Part shown: positions 18,874 through 27,859 of the stretch, one piece after another | How positions within the stretch are numbered: position 1 is the stretch's first letter | How the letters are laid out: every line of letters begins with the position of its first letter | Assembly (NCBI GenBank): GCA_052386775.1 | Contig: JBQTJV010000044.1 | Span: forward strand, 1 to 58,660 | Direction of reading: 5' to 3' | Origin: Betaproteobacteria bacterium | GTDB taxonomy: Bacteria > Pseudomonadota > Gammaproteobacteria > Burkholderiales > SG8-41 | DNA: 58,660 nucleotides | Position numbers and translations under genes: made by a program | The notes under the pieces: generated by a model | What the model was told of the DNA's origin: nothing | The model's database searches: none | What the model saw: the letters and a program-made list of their open reading frames with translations, nothing else

Positions 18874-20316
18874 ATGTCATCGCTCATTTCCAACGTACGC
18901 CCCAGGCCGGACCGCGTCCTCACCGATATCGCCGACTACGTCACGCGCTACGCCGTAAAGAGCAGCGAGGCGTACAACACCGCGCGGCTGTGCCTCATGG
19001 ACACGATGGGATGCGGCTTCGAGGCCCTCTCCTACCCGGCGTGCACCAAACTGCTCGGGCCCATCGTCGCCGGCACCATCGTTCCGAACGGCGCCAAGGT
19101 CCCCGGCACTTCGTTCCAGCTCGATCCGGTGAGCGCCGCCTTCAATATCGGCGCCATGATTCGCTGGCTCGACTTCAACGACACCTGGCTGGCCGCGGAA
19201 TGGGGTCACCCTTCGGACAACCTGGGCGGCATACTGGCCGCAGCGGACTGGACGTCGCGCAACGCGGTCGCGGCCGGGAAAAAGCCGCTCCTGATGCGCG
19301 AGGTGCTGACCGGGATGATCAAGGCGCATGAAATCCAGGGCGTGATCGCGCTCGAAAACAGCTTCAATCGCGTCGGGCTCGACCACGTCGTGCTGGTCAA
19401 GGTCGCTACCACGGCGGTTGTGGCGCACATGCTGGGCGGGACGCACGATGAAATCGTCAATGCCGTCTCCAACGCCTGGATCGACGGCCAGTCGTTGCGC
19501 ACCTATCGCCATGTCCCGAATACCGGCTCGCGCAAATCGTGGGCGGCGGGGGATGCGACGAGCCGCGGCGTGCGGCTGGCGCTGATGGCGCTCAAAGGCG
19601 AGATGGGCTATCCCTCGGCGCTCACTGCGAAGACATGGGGGTTCTACGATGTGCTGTTCAAGGGCAAACCCTTCAAGTTCAAGCGTTCGTACGGCTCCTA
19701 CGTCATGGAGAATGTGCTGTTCAAGATCTCGTTTCCTGCGGAATTCCACGCGCAGACTGCGGTCGAATGCGCAGTCAGACTCCATCCCCAGGTCAAGGAT
19801 CGCCTTGAGGACATAAAGAAGATCGTGATCACGACTCATGAATCGGCCATCCGCATCATCGACAAGCGCGGGCCGCTGCACAACCCAGCCGACCGCGACC
19901 ATTGCATTCAGTACATGGCCGCGATCGGCCTGATGAAGGGGACATTGACGGCCGCAGATTACGAAGATGAGGTGGCGCGCGATCCGCGCGTCGACCAGCT
20001 CCGCGCGAAGATGAGCTGCGTGGAGAACAAGAGCTGGACGCGCGATTATCTGGATCCGGAAAAGCGCTCGATCGCGAACGCCATCCAGGTGTTTTTCAAG
20101 GATGGATCGAAGACCGGGCAGGTGGCAGTCGAGTACCCGGTCGGGCATCGCCGCCGGCGCAAGGAAGGCATCCCGCTGCTGGAGGCAAAGTTCAGGACCA
20201 ATGTTGCACGGCGTTTCGCCGAGAAGCAGCGCGAAACCATACTGCGGCTGTGCCTCGATCAGGCGCGACTCGAAGCAACTCCGGTGAACGAGTTCGTCGA
20301 CCTCTTCGCGCTCTAG
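18874..20316 (+). CDS. prpD: 2-methylcitrate dehydratase (MmgE/PrpD family)
   Basis: 480 aa. [14 protein letters not shown]...[27 protein letters not shown] matches the conserved PrpD core. Confidence 0.85.
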   Translation: MSSLISNVRPRPDRVLTDIADYVTRYAVKSSEAYNTARLCLMDTMGCGFEALSYPACTKLLGPIVAGTIVPNGAKVPGTSFQLDPVSAAFNIGAMIRWLDFNDTWLAAEWGHPSDNLGGILAAADWTSRNAVAAGKKPLLMREVLTGMIKAHEIQGVIALENSFNRVGLDHVVLVKVATTAVVAHMLGGTHDEIVNAVSNAWIDGQSLRTYRHVPNTGSRKSWAAGDATSRGVRLALMALKGEMGYPSALTAKTWGFYDVLFKGKPFKFKRSYGSYVMENVLFKISFPAEFHAQTAVECAVRLHPQVKDRLEDIKKIVITTHESAIRIIDKRGPLHNPADRDHCIQYMAAIGLMKGTLTAADYEDEVARDPRVDQLRAKMSCVENKSWTRDYLDPEKRSIANAIQVFFKDGSKTGQVAVEYPVGHRRRRKEGIPLLEAKFRTNVARRFAEKQRETILRLCLDQARLEATPVNEFVDLFAL

Positions 20317-20321
20317 CGTAC

Positions 20322-20930
20322 ATGAATGCGGATAAGCGATTGCTGTGCCCGGATTCGGGAGCGCGCTTGCGCGGCGGCAATGACGGCATAGCCCGGTACC
20401 TGATCGCAGCCTGGCTGCTCGTTGCTGCGCTGACGCTGGCGATGCCTGCGCGCGCAGCCGAAGCCCGCGACGCCGACCAGCACTTCTTCGATCTCAATAC
20501 CGGCGACCTCCGGGCGGAAGCGCGGGATGCGAAACAAGCGGGCAAGAAGGCGATCCTCTTCATGTTCGAGCAGGAGGGCTGCCCGGGCTGCCTCTACATG
20601 AAGACCCGCGTGCTGAACCGCGCCGACGTGCAGGCGTTCTACCGTCAGCGCTTCGTCAATTTTTCAGTGGATATTTTCGGCGCCGTGCCGATCAGGGACT
20701 TCGCGGGTCGCGACTTGACGGAGAAGAGCTACGCGCAAGTACTGCGCGTAACCGGTACGCCGACCTTCGTCTTCTACGATCTCGATGGCAACGAAGTCAT
20801 CCGCCTCGTCGGCCCGGTAAAAGAGCCGGCCGAGTTCATCCTGCTCGGTGAATTTGTATCGAGCGGCGCCTACCGCTCCACCAAATTCGCCGACTACAAG
20901 AAGTCAAAGGCAAGACAGAAGGGAAGCTGA
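20322..20930 (+). CDS. exported thioredoxin-fold protein with CPGC active site
   Basis: ATG at 20322, just after the prpD stop. N-terminal hydrophobic signal/anchor. EQEGCPGCLYM (CxxC) and GTPTFVFYD (cis-Pro loop) motifs. Confidence 0.75.
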   Translation: MNADKRLLCPDSGARLRGGNDGIARYLIAAWLLVAALTLAMPARAAEARDADQHFFDLNTGDLRAEARDAKQAGKKAILFMFEQEGCPGCLYMKTRVLNRADVQAFYRQRFVNFSVDIFGAVPIRDFAGRDLTEKSYAQVLRVTGTPTFVFYDLDGNEVIRLVGPVKEPAEFILLGEFVSSGAYRSTKFADYKKSKARQKGS

Positions 20931-20935
20931 CCCGC

Positions 20936-21142
20936 TCAGGAGCGGTTAACGTCCTGCCTGCGGGTGCGTTCCTTCATCCAGATGAAGAGACCGAACCCGC
21001 CGATCATGCCAAAAAATATCAGTCCGAAAATGATCATGCCCCACGGGCTGGCATCGGCAGGCGGCGGCGGTGCTTCGACTTCCGCGGCGAGCACCAAGAA
21101 CGGGATGAGGGCGAGCAAAACAATTGAGGATAATCTGGCCAT
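20936..21142 (-). CDS. small membrane protein (68 aa; signal peptide plus one TM)
   Basis: GGGAG Shine-Dalgarno 7 nt upstream. Hydrophobic N-terminus, Pro-rich linker, TM, basic tail. No known family. Confidence 0.5.
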   Translation of the reverse strand: MARLSSIVLLALIPFLVLAAEVEAPPPPADASPWGMIIFGLIFFGMIGGFGLFIWMKERTRRQDVNRS

Positions 21143-21193
21143 GCGGCGACTCCCTATTTGTGAGCAGCACGTAAGTATGGCGGCGCGACCTTT

Positions 21194-22282
21194 CTACAGA
21201 CTTTCAGCGCGGTTGATGGCCGGCATCACCTTCTCGGCCATGAGTTCCATCGAGCGCCGGGCGAGTTGCGGGTCCGCCCAGTCGTGCCCGCAGTAAAGCA
21301 GCGTACCGAAGCCTCCTACCGTCTCGCGAAACGCCAGCAGTTGATCGACAACGCTGTCGACGCTTCCGGCGATCACCAGCCGGTCGAGGACATATTGCAG
21401 CGTCACGTCCGCATCGGTGAGCGCGAGATCATGTTTGAAGATATCGAGACTGCCCCGCGCCCGCCGCTTGGTGAGCAGATTCCAGAAGTAAAACCCATAC
21501 GGACCATCCTCGCTCTTCGCGTAGCGACGGGCTGTCGCATCGTCTTCGGCCACGAAAATGCTCTTGCACACGCGCCAGTCGCTCCTCAGTGCCGCGTGCC
21601 CGCCTGCTTCGCACCCCCGCTCGTACATCGGCCAGTGCGTCGCCACCCACTTCGGCTGCAGGAAATTCGCGGAAATCGGCTTCCATCCGCGCTCCGCCGC
21701 CGCCATCAGCCCCTTTGAATGCGGCACGACGACCGTCACGACGATCGGCGGATGCGGCTTCTGGTAGGGTTTGAGCATCACGCCCTGCCCCGCCTCGCGG
21801 ATCAGCGTCTTCTCCGTGCTGATGTTCCAGAACCGGCCCTTGAGGTTGTACGGCGCATCGCCATCCCAGATCGCGAGGATCTGGTCGATCGATTCGACGA
21901 ACATGGCGTTGCGGTCGAGATCGAGATTGCCCAGGACCTCCATGTCCGAGCGCAGCCCGCCCGGGCCGATGCCGAAGAGAAAGCGCCCCTCGAGCATGTG
22001 GTCCACCATCGCCACGTGCGCGGCCACCTGCGCCGGATGGTTGTTCGGCAGGTTGACGGTGCCGCTTCCCAGACAGATCTGCTTTGTATCGTGGGCCAGA
22101 CTCGCAATGAAAGTGAGACACGACGGAATGGATTCGCACACGTCGGTTACGTGCTCGCCGATGTACGCCTCGCAGTAGCCCAGGCGGTCTGCGAGCAGCA
22201 CCGCTTCGCGATCCTCCTTCAGCGTCTGCGTGTAGTCACGCCCCGGCGGATGGATGGGCATGGTGAAGAAGCCGAGTTTCAT
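21194..22282 (-). CDS. LLM-class (luciferase-like) flavin-dependent oxidoreductase
   Basis: MKLGFFTMPIHPPGRDY... is a typical LLM N-terminus. ATG at 22282; the upstream part of the 419-aa ORF is not coding-like. Confidence 0.85.
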   Translation of the reverse strand: MKLGFFTMPIHPPGRDYTQTLKEDREAVLLADRLGYCEAYIGEHVTDVCESIPSCLTFIASLAHDTKQICLGSGTVNLPNNHPAQVAAHVAMVDHMLEGRFLFGIGPGGLRSDMEVLGNLDLDRNAMFVESIDQILAIWDGDAPYNLKGRFWNISTEKTLIREAGQGVMLKPYQKPHPPIVVTVVVPHSKGLMAAAERGWKPISANFLQPKWVATHWPMYERGCEAGGHAALRSDWRVCKSIFVAEDDATARRYAKSEDGPYGFYFWNLLTKRRARGSLDIFKHDLALTDADVTLQYVLDRLVIAGSVDSVVDQLLAFRETVGGFGTLLYCGHDWADPQLARRSMELMAEKVMPAINRAESL

Positions 22283-22400
22283 GTTTGTATCCCCGAGCGC
22301 CATCCTATCATGGCGCATCGACGCCGCCGCTGCACGGGATGGCATTCCATTACAATGCCTTCGCCCTGCGAGCGCCGCGCATACAAAAAAGTCGATTCGC

Positions 22401-23144
22401 TTGACTGATACCGATCTTCTGCTGCTTTCCGGATTGATCTTCGTCGTGGCCATGCTGTACTCGTCCGTCGGCCACGGCGGCGCCTCCGGCTACATCGCAT
22501 CGATGGCGCTCTTCGGCATCGCGCCGGCGGTGATGCGCCCCACGGCGCTCGTGCTGAATGTCCTGGTGGCGTCCATGGGCACCTATCGCCTGCATCGCGC
22601 AGGGCTGGTCAACTGGCGGGCTATGCTGCGTTTGTCCGCCGCCTCCGTTCCGATGGCATTCATCGGCGGCATGATCGTGTTGCCGGGGGATTGGTATCGC
22701 ACGTTGGTGGGCCTGGTGCTCGCCGCCGCGGCGATTCGGTTGTTCCTAGATCCCCGCGAGGCACGCTCCCTGCAGCCCGCCATCACGCCGCCTTGGATAG
22801 CCGCCCTGGTGACCGGGGGTGGAATTGGCCTGCTCTCCGGCCTGACCGGCGTCGGCGGCGGAATTTTTTTGAGCCCGTTTCTCGTCCTGTTCGGATGGGC
22901 CGGTGCGCGCCAGACTTCGGGAATTACCGCGCCTTTCATTCTCGTCAATTCGCTCGCGGGGCTTGCCGGAAACATCGTGGCGGTCCGCGCGCTGCCGCCG
23001 GAACTGACCTATTTTGCGGCCGCGGCGTTGCTCGGCGCGCTGATCGGCACGCAGCTAGCGATCCGCTGGTTGTCGCCCCGCATCCTGCTCCAGCTTCTCG
23101 CCGCCGTGCTGATCGTTGCCGCCGCCAAGTTCGTCCTTACATAA
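22401..23144 (+). CDS. TauE/SafE family sulfite/organosulfonate exporter
   Basis: Multi-TM protein with two G-x-GGG type motifs (SVGHGGASGY, LTGVGGGIFLSP). The TTG start at 22401 is proposed and the start is uncertain. Confidence 0.8.
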   Translation: MTDTDLLLLSGLIFVVAMLYSSVGHGGASGYIASMALFGIAPAVMRPTALVLNVLVASMGTYRLHRAGLVNWRAMLRLSAASVPMAFIGGMIVLPGDWYRTLVGLVLAAAAIRLFLDPREARSLQPAITPPWIAALVTGGGIGLLSGLTGVGGGIFLSPFLVLFGWAGARQTSGITAPFILVNSLAGLAGNIVAVRALPPELTYFAAAALLGALIGTQLAIRWLSPRILLQLLAAVLIVAAAKFVLT

Positions 23145-23223
23145 AGACACGTCGCCCCGTATTATTCCAGCCGATGGGGAATATCGGGACCGCTTGGGTT
23201 GTATGCTTCTGCACCGATCACCG

Positions 23224-23595
23224 ATGAACAAAGCGGCCTGCTTGATGCGTCTTCTGGTCTTGATCGCGATGTCTGCGGCGATCGCCGCGGCACCGGTATT
23301 TAGCGCGAGCACGAAGCGTTTCGATATAGAGATTGTGAACGGCGCCGTGGTCGGCAAGAAATCGGTGCGCGTAATACGAGGCGACACCGTGGTCCTGCGC
23401 TGGAAAAGCGACAAGCCGCTCGAACTCCATCTGCATGGTTATGACGTGACGGTCACCGTAAGTCCCGGCGGATCCGCAGAGATGTCGATCCATGCCCGCG
23501 CCACGGGGCGTTTCCCGATTGAGGTCCACGCCGCGGGCGCGCGCGGCGGGCATGCGCACAAGCCGCTGTTCCACCTCGAGGTCTATCCCGAGTGA
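23224..23595 (+). CDS. secreted His-rich beta-sandwich (cupredoxin-like) protein, function unknown
   Basis: Signal peptide MNKAACLMRLLVLIAMSAAIAAAPVFSA. Beta-rich body with LELHLHGYD and GGHAHKP. No Cys, so it is not a blue-copper site. Confidence 0.6.
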   Translation: MNKAACLMRLLVLIAMSAAIAAAPVFSASTKRFDIEIVNGAVVGKKSVRVIRGDTVVLRWKSDKPLELHLHGYDVTVTVSPGGSAEMSIHARATGRFPIEVHAAGARGGHAHKPLFHLEVYPE

Positions 23596-23709
23596 GGCTG
23601 CCCGGCGGTACAGCGTTTCACGCCGGCGCGTTGTGATTCGCGATATTCACTGCGGCGAGCTTCGCGTCCTGGGCCAAAATCGTGACAGCGCACCACGCGG
23701 GTCATTATG

Positions 23710-24936
23710 TTAGGCACTCTTAATTTCAGGCCGCTTCAGCGCTTCGGAAAGCCGTTCCTTGAGCTGACGCGCGGCCAGCGCATAGCCACCGTCGCTGCCA
23801 TCCACGAAGTGCAGATGGTTGCCGCTGTAGGACTGAACGATGCAGGTGACCAGTGCTTCCTGCGATTTGTGCATGCCATACACCAGGTGCTCATCGACAT
23901 ACTCCTGCTCGAGAAAATCCTGCAGCCGCTCCGATTGCGATTCACTGCCGTCCATCACCATGCGCAGCATCCCGTCGAACTTGCGGAAGTCAGAATTCTC
24001 GACCAGTTCGTCGCGATATCGATCCCAGGGCGCATGAACCTGGTCGCGCGGGCGGGCGAAGAGCAAGTTGCCCGCCGCGTTCTGGAACACCATCCGAGTG
24101 AAGTAGACCGTCCGCCTCCAGGCATTCAGCGCAGCTCCCCGCACGCGCCACTCGTGCGAGAGCAGATTCGGGCTGAAGGTGAGACGCATGTGCTCCGCGC
24201 GCAGTGGATGGTACTGTGCGACCTCGCCATAGATATCCAGAATCCGGTCCAGGACGCGGCGATACGTGGCGAGATTCTCGTCGGCGTCGTGCGAAATGGC
24301 GGCGATGAGCAGTGAAAGCTTGTGGCCGTTGAAACTCGGAACGCCCTGCCAGCGGCACTCGAAACCCTCGAAACTCGCCTCGGCCGGACCGCGCCCCTCC
24401 TCCACGCTGCGCATCCCCGGTGCGCCGGGAACCTTGATCCAGCGTTCCGCTTCATCCCAGCCGCGGCCCGACAATGCCGGCTGGGTCGCCTGCGGTGACA
24501 ATCGCACCTTGGCGAGCCGCACCCAGTGCCCCTGCCGCGCCAGTTCGTTTACGCTCACCAGTCCGGCGCGCAAGGTCAGTCCGAAACTTTCCCGCGCGAG
24601 GCGCTGCGCACCGCGGAGCGCACTTTCCACCCGATCACGCAATATTTCGGGCACGGCGAGTGTCGCACCGTCTCCACCGAATACGAACGGCAGATCGATG
24701 CTGCGATCCACGTTCACCACCGCGGCGATGCAGGCGACACCTACCGTGTTGACGTTCTTGTAGGCGCCGGCCTGAATCGCGCGGGTCGAGCCCACCACGT
24801 CGGCTATGACGACCCACCAATCGCCGGGAACGTCGGCATAGCGGCGCGCTTCCGTGGCTTCGGCGAACGACGAAAGCGCCGGCAGATCGCGATAGAAGTG
24901 AACGGAATCGCGCGCCACCAGGTTCTGCACCGGCAT
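23710..24936 (-). CDS. DUF3095 family protein (class III nucleotidyl cyclase-like fold)
   Basis: FYRDLPALSSF...VPGDWWVVIADVVGSTRAIQAGAYKNVNTVG...PFVFGGDGATLAVP matches my recollection of the DUF3095 N-terminal signature. Confidence 0.8.
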   Translation of the reverse strand: MPVQNLVARDSVHFYRDLPALSSFAEATEARRYADVPGDWWVVIADVVGSTRAIQAGAYKNVNTVGVACIAAVVNVDRSIDLPFVFGGDGATLAVPEILRDRVESALRGAQRLARESFGLTLRAGLVSVNELARQGHWVRLAKVRLSPQATQPALSGRGWDEAERWIKVPGAPGMRSVEEGRGPAEASFEGFECRWQGVPSFNGHKLSLLIAAISHDADENLATYRRVLDRILDIYGEVAQYHPLRAEHMRLTFSPNLLSHEWRVRGAALNAWRRTVYFTRMVFQNAAGNLLFARPRDQVHAPWDRYRDELVENSDFRKFDGMLRMVMDGSESQSERLQDFLEQEYVDEHLVYGMHKSQEALVTCIVQSYSGNHLHFVDGSDGGYALAARQLKERLSEALKRPEIKSA

Positions 24937-24939
24937 GGG

Positions 24940-25629
24940 TCAGCCGCGCCGGGAAGATCTTGGTTCGGAATGCACGCCGCCGGCTTCGCGATGGCGCCGC
25001 GCGAGCCCGCGAAAGAAGTAGAACCATGCCGCAAGCGCCATGAAATCGAGCAGCAGTGCGGCCGGGGAAAACAGGATCCGACCGAGTGTCTCGCTCAGGT
25101 CGAACGGTAGGAAGCCGCCACCGACGCCGAGCGTTCCTTCGAACTTGCGCTCGCCGGGCCCGAACGAAATCCAGGTCGCTACGGTACCGAAGCAGCTCAG
25201 GAGCAGCGCCAGTATCAGTCGGTAGGCGGCGCTGTTATCGATGTGTGGTCCGCTGACGCCCCTGCTCTTTATCGCGGCCGCCCCTGCCAGGACGAACGTA
25301 GCCCCGGCCGCCCCCACCACCCAGCGCGGCGCGTGGAAACGGCTTTCGTCGGGGTCAAATCCCGCCATTACGATGATGAATGCACCCATCGCTGTGGCAA
25401 TCAGCCCGACCCACAACGGCATCGCACCGGGATGCCGCTGGATCTGGATGGCGCCTGCGCCCACTGCGATAAAGAGAACGCCACCGAGGACGCTGAACCA
25501 GTCCGGATTGCCGGCCTGGAGGTGCGGCGCAACGATGGGCATTATTGCGAAAAACAGGCCCGCAACTATGAAACCCGAACCGAAGACGATCAACATGCCC
25601 GCCCTTCCGCGATCTCTCCGGTGAAGCAC
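24940..25629 (-). CDS. polytopic membrane protein, unknown family (start is GTG 25629 or ATG 25596)
   Basis: About 6 hydrophobic segments. Its stop lies 3 nt upstream of the DUF3095 start, so the two are probably co-transcribed. Confidence 0.65.
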   Translation of the reverse strand: MLHRRDRGRAGMLIVFGSGFIVAGLFFAIMPIVAPHLQAGNPDWFSVLGGVLFIAVGAGAIQIQRHPGAMPLWVGLIATAMGAFIIVMAGFDPDESRFHAPRWVVGAAGATFVLAGAAAIKSRGVSGPHIDNSAAYRLILALLLSCFGTVATWISFGPGERKFEGTLGVGGGFLPFDLSETLGRILFSPAALLLDFMALAAWFYFFRGLARRHREAGGVHSEPRSSRRG

Positions 25630-25822
25630 GATACGGCCGGCATATCCGTTTGCGCGACTCCAATAAGCGTGGTATCCCTGCCAGCAAGCATCTCGCTGCG
25701 CGGACTAGTTCTTCCAGCTTATCATTTCCACGGCCTTGCAAGGCACTGCCAACTGCTCCCTCGGCAGGTAGAATCTGGCTGAATCCTTGGTAGTCCATCT
25801 CAATGTGCATCCTTTTCCGTCC

Positions 25823-26896
25823 ATGACCCTCGTCGCGACATTCGAAATACGCCATCTCCAATTCCTGGACGAGCACGGGAAGACCGTGCAACCGCTCCCG
25901 GAATTCGCGCACGATGCTGCGAATCTCATCCCGCTCTATCGCTGGATGGTCATGATGCGCGCTTACGACGCGAAGGCGGTCGCACTGCAGCGCACCGGCC
26001 AGCTCGGCACCTTCGCCTCGCTGCTCGGCCAGGAAGCGATCAACGCCGGCATCGGCAGTGCGATGCGGCCCGAAGATACGTTTCTCATGACCTATCGCGA
26101 GAACGGCGCGCAGCTCATGCGCGGCGTGACGCTGAAAGACTTTTTTCTCTACTGGGGCGGGGACGAGCGCGGCAGCGATTTTTCCGGCTCGCGGCACGAT
26201 TTTCCGATCTGCGTCACGATCGCGGCGCACGCGACCCATGCCGTAGGCGTCGCTTATGCGATGAAGCTCAGGCGCGAGCCGCGCGTTGCCGTCTGCGCAC
26301 TCGGGGATGGGGCCAGCTCCAAGGGCGATTTTTACGAGGGCCTCAACGCCGCCGGCGTGTGGAAGCTCCCGCTCGTCTTCGTGGTCACCGACAACCAATG
26401 GGCGATATCGGTGCCGCGCGCGCGCCAGAGCGGAGCCCGGACGCTGGCGCAGAAAGCGATCGCCGCCGGAATCGACGGCCGGCAGGTCGACGGCAACGAC
26501 GTGATTGCGGTACGCCACGCGATGGATGAGGCACTCGCTAAGGCGCGCAACGGCGGCGGTCCGACGTTGATCGAGGCGCTGACCTACCGCCTGTCCGATC
26601 ACACCACCGCGGACGATGCCGCGCGCTATCGCAGCCCCGATGACCTCGCCGCGGCGTGGAAGCTCGAACCCGTCCAGCGCTTGCGCAGCTACCTGGTAAG
26701 CTGCGACGCGTGGAGCAAGGAAAAGGAGGAAGGGCTGCTCAAGGAATGCAGCGAGCAGGTACAGGCTGCGGTGCAGGCTTATCTCAATACGCCGCCCCCG
26801 TCGGTGGCGCAGATGTTCGATCATCTCTATGCGAAGCTGCCGGCGGCGCTCGAGAAACAGCGGGAGGAAATCCTTGGCGCAGATCACGCTGGTTGA
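25823..26896 (+). CDS. ThDP-dependent 2-oxoacid dehydrogenase E1 component, alpha subunit
   Basis: ThDP motif GDGASSKGDFYEGLNAAGVWKLPLVFVVTDNQWAIS. Heterotetrameric E1 alpha length. Confidence 0.9.
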   Translation: MTLVATFEIRHLQFLDEHGKTVQPLPEFAHDAANLIPLYRWMVMMRAYDAKAVALQRTGQLGTFASLLGQEAINAGIGSAMRPEDTFLMTYRENGAQLMRGVTLKDFFLYWGGDERGSDFSGSRHDFPICVTIAAHATHAVGVAYAMKLRREPRVAVCALGDGASSKGDFYEGLNAAGVWKLPLVFVVTDNQWAISVPRARQSGARTLAQKAIAAGIDGRQVDGNDVIAVRHAMDEALAKARNGGGPTLIEALTYRLSDHTTADDAARYRSPDDLAAAWKLEPVQRLRSYLVSCDAWSKEKEEGLLKECSEQVQAAVQAYLNTPPPSVAQMFDHLYAKLPAALEKQREEILGADHAG

Positions 26897-27854
26897 AGCG
26901 GTCAATCTCGCGCTCCGGCGGGCGATGGAGGAGGATCCCTCGGTCGTCGTGCTCGGTCAGGACGTCGGTGTCGACGGCGGCGTTTTTCGCGCGACGCTCG
27001 GGCTGCTGGACCGCTATGGCGCAGAACGGGTGATCGACACCCCGCTCGCCGAAGGTCTCATCATAGGGACAGCGATCGGCATGGCGGTGGAAGGGCTCAA
27101 GCCTGTCGCCGAAATCCAGTTTGCCGGTTTCGCCTACACCACGATCGACCAGGTGCTCAATCACGCCGGCCGTATGCGCCATCGAACGCGCGGGCGCCTC
27201 GCCTGCCCGCTCGTCATGCGAACCCCGTGCGGCGCGGGCATTCATGCGCCCGAGCATCACTCCGAAAGCCCGGAGACGATGTTCGCGCACATTCCCGGCA
27301 TCCGCGTCGTCTATCCCAGTTCCCCGCAGCGCGCGTACGGGCTGCTGCTGGCGGCGATCCGTGATCCGGACCCCGTCATCTTTCTGGAGCCGACCCGGCT
27401 CTATCGCCTCTTCAAGGAAGACGTCGAGGACGACGGGCAGGTGCTCGCGCTGGACACGTGCTTCACGCTGCGAGAAGGAAGCGACGTCAGTCTCGTGGCT
27501 TGGGGTGCGATGACTTATGAAGCGCTGGCGGCCGCCGCCGATCTCGCCGAAGAAGGCGTCAACGCCGAGGTCATCGACGTCGCCACGCTGAAGCCGCTCG
27601 ACATGGATACCATACTGGCTTCGGTCGCGAAAACGGGTCGCTGCGTCATCGTGACCGAAGCCGCGCGTACATGCAGCTTTGCGGCGGAAATCGCCGCCAA
27701 TCTGGCGGAAGACGGGCTGCTCACCTTACTGGCGCCGGTGCAGCGCGTGACGGGCTACGATACGGTCGTGCCGCTGCCCCGGCTCGAAAAACACTACATG
27801 CCGGACCAGGAACGGATCGCGCAGGCGGTGCGCAAAGCGATCGCGTTCGGCTGA
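26874..27854 (+). CDS. 2-oxoacid dehydrogenase E1 component, beta subunit
   Basis: TTG start at 26874 preceded by GGGAGGA. (M)AQITLVEAVNLALRRAMEEDPSVVVLGQDVG is the canonical E1beta N-terminus. It overlaps the E1alpha stop by 23 nt. Confidence 0.9.
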   Translation: MAQITLVEAVNLALRRAMEEDPSVVVLGQDVGVDGGVFRATLGLLDRYGAERVIDTPLAEGLIIGTAIGMAVEGLKPVAEIQFAGFAYTTIDQVLNHAGRMRHRTRGRLACPLVMRTPCGAGIHAPEHHSESPETMFAHIPGIRVVYPSSPQRAYGLLLAAIRDPDPVIFLEPTRLYRLFKEDVEDDGQVLALDTCFTLREGSDVSLVAWGAMTYEALAAAADLAEEGVNAEVIDVATLKPLDMDTILASVAKTGRCVIVTEAARTCSFAAEIAANLAEDGLLTLLAPVQRVTGYDTVVPLPRLEKHYMPDQERIAQAVRKAIAFG

Positions 27855-27859
27855 CCGGC

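Noticed and set aside
25355-26905. 516-aa minus-strand ORF
   Set aside because: It is antisense to the E1alpha gene and to part of the membrane-protein gene. It has no motifs and is a shadow ORF.
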